Origin: Raillietiella orientalis
Lineage: Eukaryota
Direction: 5' to 3'
DNA length: 64,000 nt
Assembly: GCA_036172245.1 (NCBI GenBank)
Contig: JAYWIR010000009.1
Location: 2,976,001-3,040,000, forward strand
The notes under the pieces are model-generated. The model was not told where the DNA came from. It ran no database searches and was given only the letters and a program-made list of their open reading frames with translations. This document shows positions 37,674 to 47,800 of the stretch, one piece after another. Within the stretch, counting starts at the first letter, position 1; each line of letters begins with the position of its first letter. The position numbers and the translations under genes are program-made.

Positions 37674-40600
37674 TCAATAGTTACTATCTTTGAGACTGCG
37701 ATTGGATGAGAAACAAAGTTTCATTAAATATGGAAACTTGCTGCCTATTTAGCAGACAATAATGAACTGCAAAAGCATGGAAGCACTTACTTGAATGATT
37801 GATGGTTGTGTGGTTACATATGACAAGTGCTTCTAAAGCATCTGGTACACTTGCAAATTCTAGAAGTCCTGATGAACTTCGTTCAGCTGCTATTATTGCT
37901 ACAAATGACATCCCAATAAAGTATCACTTACATTTAGAGGGAAATAACTTTATGCCCGTGGGTGGCTTGGCTCCACTATCCTCAAACACCTTTTTCAACT
38001 CCTCCTCATTGATTCCAGGAGGCGTATTGAAAAAATGGAGTACCTGCGTAGAAGAGAATCATGTGTTCCGTCACTTATTGCCCTTACTTTAGATGGAGGT
38101 TGGATACGATTTTTTTGGGCCATTTCAGGATTAATGAAACGGTTATTTTTATTACCCATAAAATCTTTGAATGATGGCGATCCATCAGAAAGAGTATATG
38201 GCTGTTGCACATCGCTCAGGAAAGCTTGCTTTGAGTATCTAATAAGCAGAGCTTGGTAACCAGAGCATGACGAGCCACATTCCATACCCAAGTTGCAGTT
38301 TGGATCCAAAAAATAACTTATTGTTCAAATTTTGAATAGCCCTCTCTACAGAAAGTGCATCTCCCATCTGCACCATGGCACAACCTTCCTTGGTTTTTAA
38401 AAATTTTATCTACTCGATTTTAGATGACATGCTACAAACACACTGACTGCACTTACTCGCACTACATTTCCGTATAAACAAAACAAATTGAATAATCGAT
38501 CGACATTAGCCTGGTCAGGATTTAGCCCATAGACCATCATCACAGCCCCTTGCTGAGGAACTCCAGTACCACCAGAAGGAGGACCATGTGGGGAAAATAA
38601 ACCACCTCCATAACTGATTTGAGAGCTTCGAGCCAAACCATTTGCATAATCATCTCCAGCACGCTGCACAAAACCTCTGACCAGCACAAATGTTGGAAAT
38701 CTCAATTGAATACAATACACATACCTTCGTCCTTCAAAAGGTTCTGGAGAAAAATTGGCAAACGAAGTTGGTCCTGCACCCCTCGGGCCATATTCAAACT
38801 GTTCGCTGAACAAAGATCCACTCGTCATACTGCGCATTCCACTCATGCTTGGTTCTGGAACGATTGCCCGATAAGGGCTCACACCAGCCTCCATGTACCC
38901 GGCATCCCCGCTCCGCCATGCCTGTTCGTGAGTTCTTTCTTCCCCATTGCACCCTACAACTGTGAACCCCAACCCACACTATGTCTCCAGTCCTTAACTT
39001 ACTATAAGGTGTAGGTCCGGAGCCATAGCGTGGCTCCTCCAGCAGTGGTCTTTTCTCCGAATGGTCCTGTTTAACGAGGCCTGGAAATGCACCAAACAAA
39101 TGCCTTTCAGTTGGGCCAACCGACAAAACTGCTCCCTCAATTTCTGTCTGATGATGAGGCAGCAGTTAGCATACAACCCACTACACCCGACCACACCCAG
39201 GCATATGCCAATGCTTAGACAGTATCTGGAATAGAGCATTGCAACGGGGTGCCGATGTCTGCCACGATGAAGGGTGGTGCCATTCCACACACACTCACAA
39301 ACAAGGGGGGAAAAACCTTACTTTGGGTGGATGAGAAGGCCAATCATGGAGTCTCAGTTCCGAGAAGCGCTGACCATGCGGGGTTTTCCGCAGCTGCCCT
39401 CCTGTGCGCAAAACAATAACATGAGGAACCAATGAAGCACATGTGATGCGCTGCATTATAACAAAGTTACTCTAAGAAAAACAAGGTGCTCAACGTGTGC
39501 AAGGCCATCCAAATCAGGTGGTGTTTGCTGTTGCCTCGTGTCAAAGAATATTTTGAGTTCATTGGTTCTGTGGATACTGGTTTGTGCACACTAGCAGCAG
39601 TTTTTGTCAAAAAAACATCTGGAGCAATTAATGTAGAACCCAATAACAGTGTTGCCCATGTTTTGCTACTGAAAGTGGATAAAAGTGGAAAGGAATGCCT
39701 GTTGCACACCTGAGATAAGAGCACAACTGTCATGAGAACATAGCCTTAAGCTTAACTGTGAACTGTGTGCCATCATTGTGGTGAACTGAAAAAAGAATGT
39801 TGTTAAATCAACATCAAAGGATTTTTGAGCATCACAACAAATTACAGGGTTCTTCTGGCCAGTCTTACACAGCAATGCGTGTTCATCCTTATTGTATTTG
39901 GAAGCATCTGATGAGTCGCTCCCTTGATACAGGTTTCTGACTGTTTCTATTATGCCAGTGATTCTACCCCATGATAAAGATCAAGTGCCCTCAGTCTGTG
40001 GGTGAAGTCAACTGTATAATGAGCCTGGGAATTTTGCTGCAACAAGGTCACTTTGTAACTTGCTTAGTTAATAGCATTCCCAGGCTCTAAAAGGATCATA
40101 TGGAACCAGAATATTGTTTACAAGTTTGTACAATGTAATGCCAATTGTATGAAACCGTAACCGCTGTGCCATCTCAGCGTATATCATTATATTGTGGCAA
40201 ATGGAAAAAGAAAACCATTCTTACCTAGATTGGGGTTTGTATAATCCCAGCTATCTAGATCATTTTTGTATACATTCAATTTGGTAGGCTAGAAAATAAT
40301 ACAGATTTACCAAGATTAAACCCAAAGCCAACATAGTTCTCATAGTGATCTCAACACACTGAGAAATTCAAATCTTGAGAATTTATGTCAAAAATTGAAA
40401 AAATAGAAAAACACATCACAAGCTTTTCTACACTTTTGTGCATATTTACCTTGGCAAACTCAATACGGACAGTACAGCATCCAGAATATATGTCAGCACC
40501 ATGTAAAGCATCCTTGGCTCTTTTTGCTTCTTCAATAGATGCAAATGTAAAACATATTAAAGAAAACATAATTCATCTGGTATTCAGAAATGAAATTTAT

Positions 40601-43527
40601 GGTATTCAAATAATTTACAATATTTAAATAAACCATGAAAGCCAAAAAGAGCATATTTATCCATCAAACAAAATTTTACTTTCCATGGATTTTTTGCAAT
40701 GCTTTGAGTGACAAATAAGATCTAAAATGTATAACGTAAATCTGAAAAGGATATTCAACCATTGCCTGTACACCATTTTTTTTAAAAATAACAATACGGA
40801 GAACCTTTCCATATGGACTGGATATAGTATGAATAACATCCTATCAAAAATGAACGTTCATTTTCAGTTATTCAACCAATGCAATTATTATAAACTGTAC
40901 TTACAGTAGTGACAGGATATACAGGATTAAGAATTGTCATGAGCAATACATGATTTTCAGGTTCAACCCTAGAATGAAAAGCAACTATCTAAAATAATAT
41001 AAAACTATGAGAACCACATTTTGAAAACTAATGAAATATTTAATTGAATTAATTACTGTAAACTTGGTACGCAAAAATTAAAAATCGAAATTAGCAAACT
41101 TTAATTAAGATTATTTTTCCTTAATGTAGAATTTATTGTATAATTTTACCTTCTCCTTTTGCTGTTTGGTCCATCATATTCATAGTAACCCTTAAATAAT
41201 AATAAAAGAGCATTAAAAAATGGTGAAATATAGTGCACTTCAATTACATAAATATTGATTTTCTTATTAACACTGTATAATTAAAGACCATCTCACACAA
41301 AAAAAAAATCACGAAATCTGTGAGCGAGAAAAAACACTTTACTTTACTGGAATGTAAATCGAAATATCATTTTTCTCCTGCTTTGTGTAAGTTTTTTTTT
41401 TTTCGAAATAACAAAATACCCAAACCTAATTCATTCACTTAGAACTCTATGAAGAGGTTTTTATATATTTCCATTAGAAATAAGTAGTAAGTTTGAAATA
41501 TTCATGATTTGCCATTGTTTACTCTAGTGTACATGGAACTCATACACTCACTGACGCCAAAATTTGATAAATAGTGGCCTTGTTTACATGATTGATTGAT
41601 GATTAAATATAACACTTTCCACTGGTATTTTCTATATAAAATGATGAATGAAAAGACTTTCCTGCAACTATCTCCACTGTTCAAGGAAATTATACCAGCT
41701 AATTAAAGGAGAATTCAGATCGTTTCATGATTAATTAACTTATCCAAAAAACGAACTTTTTAAACACAATTCTTCAAAAACATTTTCCATCTAGTAGAAA
41801 ACGAAAATATCAACGGCATCTGTCTTTATACAATAAAAACAACTAAATCCCTACAAAACCCAGCATTACGAAATCACACTGAGATTTCTTTGGGAAAACC
41901 ATTTTGAAGATTTTAAAGATGGATATTGTGTATAATATGATAAAAGATAGCTCCATACCACTGTTTGAAAAAACGAAAATCAGAATAAGAAATCTGCCTT
42001 CCCTTCATTTAAAAACACCTCCTCAACCAAACACAGCAGTTTTTTGTTGCTGCTGCTGTTGATATGCAACATAAATACTTAATGTTTCAATTTAGCTTTT
42101 GTTATTTCATCCCTAGAAGGTAATCAGTCAACTTGAATAATGACTGAAACTATTTAGGAACACAAACCTTCCACACATGTATTCTTTAGTTACATTTTGA
42201 ACACTCACTGCAGAATGCAATCATGAAAAAGAAATATACCTTTATGATTAAAAAGCCATTTGGTGGCATCCCTATAAACTGAAAGTGAAAGTGAAGTGAC
42301 TAAGTGAAGTCATTAAAATTGAATCTAAGACTTGTTTGTGAAGCTTTATATTTTGTATTTATATACCTACTGCAATCATTTGATTGAATAATTTGAATGC
42401 AAAAAGAAACTAAGTATCATGTATCCATCAAGAAACCAAAATCAAACAGTTGCTTCAAACTGACTATGGAATTCCATGTATACAACCAAACAAACAAGTA
42501 CCAAACAAATGAATTTTCTTAGTATTTTATCATTCTCGGAGTTCGTTTACAACGAATCATGAATTTGTATTTCTACAATCGCCTATTTTTACTTGAAATC
42601 AATATGTCAATAAAACACGATCAATAAAGTCATATCCCAGAAAGCATGCAACTGCTGTTACCTGAGAGAAACTGCTTCTCTTTATATAGAAATATTACCG
42701 ATTACAGTACATCCATTAAGGATGCAGGGCAACCATTTAAAATGCTTAATCTTTAATCAGCAGTGGTATAGGCAAAAGTCGAATCAGTTAAGTTTCTCAA
42801 TTAGATAATAAATACGCAAAATTCGAAATAGCGCCTTCATTCCAAGGCATCATTTTGATTTTCACCTCAAGAAGGTTGCTAGCCAAAGGATGAACTTGAA
42901 AGAACAAAAATCGTTTTCGACTCCTAACGAAATGAACGCATATCGTAATGCAGAAATGATGCTTTATCTACATTTCAAAAAACGTCTGCCGTGGTTTCGA
43001 TACCCACGACTATTACTAACGAAACTTCCTGATACCTGCATTGCTTTGCACTCGCATTTGAGAACCAGCATGGGCAGATTATAAACACTTGATGACCACG
43101 GGAAGAGTGCTTCGTTGAAACCACTTACCTTCGGGGCCAATATGTCAACAAATGGAGAAAAGTCCAGAATTGGATTTTTTTTTTGTGTTGTTTCCCCCCC
43201 TACACACACACACACACACAAGGATTACATCACGTTACCACGATCGACCACTACTACGACCGAATCCGATCACGAGTTTATCGATATCCACACCATCCAC
43301 CCATTTTCCAAAGCTTATACTCTGTAGGAAACTAATCCCAATGCATTCCTTTCGAAACTTGTGCCAAATCTATTAGTTACAAGCCAAAACAGACGGAACG
43401 TCGTTTACAATACCTCTTCCATCTTCGCTTTCGATCTGGATCCATCATCTTCCCCCACACGCATGTTTGGCCGTTGCTGATTAAAATTCGAACGATTAAC
43501 CATATTTCTTCTTCCTCTTGATGTCAT
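37674..43527 (-). CDS. HNRNPL: Heterogeneous nuclear ribonucleoprotein L (smooth ortholog), 14 exons, 514 aa
   Basis: Exons: 43527-43414, 41190-41150, 40968-40905, 40840-40755, 40546-40450, 40288-40225, 39080-39003, 38953-38725, 38676-38457, 38409-38288, 38238-38088, 38043-37932, 37886-37791, 37744-37674. Total 1545 nt with all phases consistent. Diagnostic peptides: NHVLLMTILNPVYPVTTDV..RIVIFKKNGVQAMVEF..LHGADIYSGCCTVRIEFAKPTKLNVYKND..WDYTNPNL, GAVMMVYGL..DRLFNLFCLYGNVVRIKFLKTKEGCAMVQMGD, KNRIQPPSKVLHFFNTPP, SERSSSGLLEF, KFPYLMKLCFSS. The first exon rests on splice signals and phase only. Confidence 0.96.
39322..39401 (-). other. Candidate 80-nt frameshifting (poison) cassette exon in hnRNP L intron 6
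   Basis: Splice signals TTATTGTTTTGCGCACAG|GAGGGCAG...CCACCCAAA|GTAAGG. The length is not a multiple of 3, and inclusion gives TGA at 38881-38879. Confidence 0.6.
40547..40754 (-). other. U12-type AT-AC intron (208 nt) in hnRNP L
   Basis: 5' end GA|ATATCCTTTT matches the U12 consensus. Branch-like TTCTTTAAT lies about 10 nt before the 3' end TTTTAC|A. Removing it restores VQAMVE-FASIEEA. Confidence 0.92.
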
Positions 43528-43559
43528 TTCACTTTGATTTTCATGTAGACAACCTCACA

Positions 43560-43950
43560 CGCCAGGACCTTGCCTAGATCACAATCTCACAAAGCGTGCC
43601 CCGTCGCCATTATGAAGCCATACTGAAATTTCAAAATGGAAGCATTTGCAGCATTGGTGATTAATTTTTTTTACTTCACGAAGGGAATCCTCAGGGAACG
43701 AGGTGACTTATTATCGATGTCAGCCCGTGATAATTCATGAATAATGATTTATTCAATGTACGCACCCTGCAGTATTCGTGGTAACGAAAATACAAATAAA
43801 TTAATCGAGTGAATGCTCATATTGCATTAAGAAAACACTTAAATCTAAAAGCCAGTATCTGATCATTCTTCCATAGAAGAAAAACGTCGATTCATCACAT
43901 ATGCAGCCATTCGTCATGTAAATGTTATTGTGTTTTATAAAAAAAAAAAA
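43560..43950. promoter_or_regulatory. hnRNP L promoter region, possibly bidirectional
   Basis: Immediately upstream of exon 1, with CpGs retained locally inside an AT-rich zone. GCCAT (YY1/Pho-like) motifs at about 43606, 43617 and 43906; DRE-like TATCGAT at 43712-43718; a perfect TATCGATA at 43279-43286. Confidence 0.5.
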
Positions 43951-44793
43951 AACAGAAAAAATGGAAAAATCAGGAAACGAATTTTCTGGTGGATGGATGT
44001 AATCTATTGTCTTTCAAGTTAGTTCTTCCCGGAGGACATCAGGAATAATCTATTATAACATTTAGGAGGGGGAGGGAGACAGAAGGATGCTTTTAGGGGG
44101 CACGCAAAGTAATTACCAGTTTTTCATTGAAGCTTGCTTTTCTCCACACTGTCTCTACTTCCGAACCTGGGGACAATATTTTTAATATCTGCATTCCCAT
44201 CTGATGCAATTATTGCATTTCATACGGTTGCTTTCTTCAATTCTTGAAGTAAGCAGTTGTATGCTGTATTCATGATGAAATGACGTAAGAGTGTATATCT
44301 CTACATCTCTGCATGCAAATCCTCTTTTTAAGGATTCTGTGTCCGTCTGCTTTATATTCAGTCTGTCTTCTGACTGGACTCGAATAGCTTCTTCGAAAAA
44401 TACTCTGAATAATGAGGAAAAGGCGCTATTGTCATTCTAAACCAGTGGAAACTTGGTGCTTATAATTATTCTAAATATTATAGAAACATGGACACCTAAC
44501 CTTAACGTCATATCTTCCCACTCATTGCTCCTGAAATTTAGCATTAGGGTGTCAGCAGTCATTGAGAACTGAAAAGGAAAAAATTTTTATTCGTTTATGT
44601 CTGCTGTTGTCTTGGCTTGTCATTTCTGTTTTGGACGTCTCTCTAAGCTTTCTTATTCATTGCAACATGTTGTACACTGACGGAAATTTTTTATTTTAAA
44701 ATTTGTATAATTTACATGATTGTACAAATTTTAAAATGAAATATTTACATGATGATGGCTTTTAAATATTTAGCTGCAATTCGCCTTTAGCTG

Positions 44794-44829
44794 TAATTCC
44801 ATGGCACTGTAGACAGTGCCATGGAATTA
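44794..44829. repeat. Perfect 17-bp inverted repeat with a 2-nt loop
   Basis: TAATTCCATGGCACTGT-AG-ACAGTGCCATGGAATTA. Confidence 0.95.
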
Positions 44830-47800
44830 TTGGTTGACTCATTTAAGACTCACCAGCATCTAAATTTCGAATTTTTTTCATTGAGTCCATGCAATCAAAG
44901 GCATTGATCTGTTTATTAACAAAAGATCATATACACGGAAAATTCTCTTTTTGGTGAATACAGTGCACAAGAAGATCTCAAATGTAAACTTCGCAGTCAT
45001 GATCAGCTGTCAATGTGACACTGGAATTTGTGTATCATCAAGATGTTGCTCGATTTCTGCTAGATTATCAAGATCCCTAATTAATCTTTGTAAGTGTAAC
45101 TTTAAGCCCCATTAAAGCTAAAGTTTTTTAAAAGCGGCATTCGAAATTGGTTGAATTCTTTAGACGTCGGAAGATTAATCCAAAGTAATAGATTTTGAAA
45201 CTGTTCTCGAGATTGATAGCAATTTTACATATCAAAAACTACTAAAAGTGAAAGCGACAGCTCTCTTGTAACGAACGAATAAGAGGACTTGGTTTTCAAA
45301 ATGCATGAAAAAATAGTGACAAGTTGATAAATAGTTAGGATAGTCAATAAATTCTCAAATAACAGATATAATGGATTGAGGAGTATTAAATCTGTTACTT
45401 AAGAATCAAATGCCACAGTAAGCTAAAGCTTGCATATGCTAAAGCTAAAGCTAAAGCTTTGGATATTTCAGACCCAGATCTATAGTGCCTAAGACTGAAT
45501 ACCAAATCTTGTGTTTTGTGGAATAGAGTATCACAAACATAACAACGGTATCTACAGAATGTTTCAAGTAGCAGGAAATGTTTGTATACAATTACACAAT
45601 CCATAAAGACGATGTAGCTTAACGACGACGATCTAAAGTAACTTGTATTTTCATGAAGACAAAGTAGACAATCTTGAATTTAAATTTACAGAAGAAACCG
45701 ATGGTCCCTACAAAATATGAGCCAGTTATGCTTACGACAATTATGCTCATGGTGTATTATGCAGTTTGCCTTTATCAAAAAATCTACTAAAGACACTGAG
45801 TTTAGATCATCTGATACTCTATTTCTTTTCTTTTCTTGTTTCTGGTTTCTTAACCTCTAGGAATCACAGTTTGCTTGTTGATGCTCAAAATGAAAAGCGT
45901 CGCTCAGCTTTTCCTCATAAGCTTCCAAAGACTCTTGCAATCCTAATTAAGCGTGAAATTTAACTATTATAAGACATCGCTGCTTTCTTGTAGGCAAGCC
46001 AAAGCAATGAAATTGCTTGGGTTACCTAAAAGTCCACTGTTTCTCATTAAATGCAATTCCTTTGGCGTTTCACGGGAAACGCAGATACAAATATACTATC
46101 TTTACTTGATTTGCAAGTCTTGGTGCTCTGAAGCATTCCATGATAACGCACAACCACGAGAGGTATTTTTCTCAATGTTGGATGCTTTATATGGCTTCAA
46201 GACTTTTCAAATGCTTTTTTGGTCATTTCTAAATGACGCTAAAAGCTTTAGCACGAATATTCCCATATGTCATAATTTTGTTGGGTTAAAATAATGACAG
46301 CCATGTTGCATTGGATTGAAGTCTGAGATGTAGATAAAAGAAACAGGTTTTATTTTATTTTAGGTAGGTGTTCTTGTAGGAAACATACTTTCAGTATTTG
46401 TTTACTTTGCAAACGCATGGCGCCCAAAGTAGAGCTTCTTGAAAAAGTCTCATGCTTTTTCATTCTAACAAATTTTATTGGGATCCATAGATCACAATTT
46501 ATTTTTCTTCTAAGCAGAATTTTATAACCCAGGTTTGTTGAAGAAGCTTGCTTAAGGAAGTATTGCAGTGCTGAGATTCTAAACTGTTAGCAAAATATAA
46601 CATTTTACTAACACAGTCCTTATTTGCAATAACATTTAATAAAACTGTGGAAAGTCATTTCGAAATTTGTAATCAACTCCATGTGCTATCATTGCAATTT
46701 TTTTTGAAAACGGAACCTGGAAGGAATATTGTGAAAAAAGAAATGGAATGTATTTTCATTCTGTAATGAAATTCGATTATCAGTTTACAGTTATTACCAG
46801 TTGCTTCTCATAAAGCATCTAATGATCTGATTTTTATCTTCATTTATGTTTCATTTCTCTCCGGATTGTATTTATAGTTTTACTCGTGGACATTTTGGCA
46901 CAATGTTCGGATAATTGTCCTGTGCTTGGGAAAAAAACGTACATAGGATATCAACAAGGGCGAATTTGGATCTTCAAGTTTATTACTAATAATTTCGTCT
47001 CCATTTTGATGAATTCGATGCTTATTTATGGAACAAAATCAATAATAATTACCGAAGATTGAAAGTTGCCTGCCTGCAGAATTTCCGTTAATCATTTGAA
47101 GTTGAGCATTTCATCATCAGCGACAGATTTAGCAGATGCAATTATGCACGAGAATTCCATTCTCATTAGCAAATAGGAGCTTGGGAGGCTCAAAAAAACC
47201 ATTTGCCTTTTTACATGGGATGCTGCATTAAAACTTTTTACAAATGTATTGTATGAATTTAAATGCACATATAATTAATATAGTGGATTTTATCTGAAAA
47301 AAAAGTTGACATCAACCTCTATGAGGTGAGAAGAGAGAAAGTCATAAGAAAATTGGAGATTACTCACGCAAAATAAAGATAACTATAAACAAAATTACCT
47401 CAGTGTTTGCATTATTTGCTTATAAAAGAAATTTTCTAAACGATTAATCTAAGCATTCAATTACGATGTGAAATCCATACAAAGTCACAATAAATTGCTA
47501 CTTTATTTATTTTAGCATTTTGAGTAATGCACTGTAAATAATTAATAATCTAAACTTTCTAAGTGAAATGCAGTGAGAGTGAACCATAAATAAAGTATTT
47601 ATCTCGTTTTGTTGTTTAATTGAAATCTGCTTAAAGTCTTATATTCAAATCTTCAATTGTAGCACAGAAAGCTTCGGAGATATATTAGAAATTTAAAATA
47701 CCAAATAAATACTGAAGTTCTTGATGAACCTAAAAAGCAGTAAATTTTCTTGGGAGGCTAAGCACGTGGCTCCAAAGAATCATTGGTTTAATGCTTTGGG

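Noticed and set aside
39907..39935. CTGATGAG, a hammerhead ribozyme core candidate (also CTGACGA near 11587 and 29417)
   Set aside because: No properly placed GAAA with stems I-III could be built.
41348..41360. TGGAATGTAAA, matching the start of miR-1
   Set aside because: The match ends after 11 nt and no precursor hairpin is present.
42790..42870. VKIKMMPWNEG on the minus strand as a possible RRM1 remnant
   Set aside because: Only MMP matches, there is no QALVEF, and the frame closes quickly.
44272..44373. ATGATGA...CTGA as a C/D-box snoRNA
   Set aside because: No terminal stem or rRNA-complementary guide was recognisable; such boxes are common by chance in AT-rich DNA.
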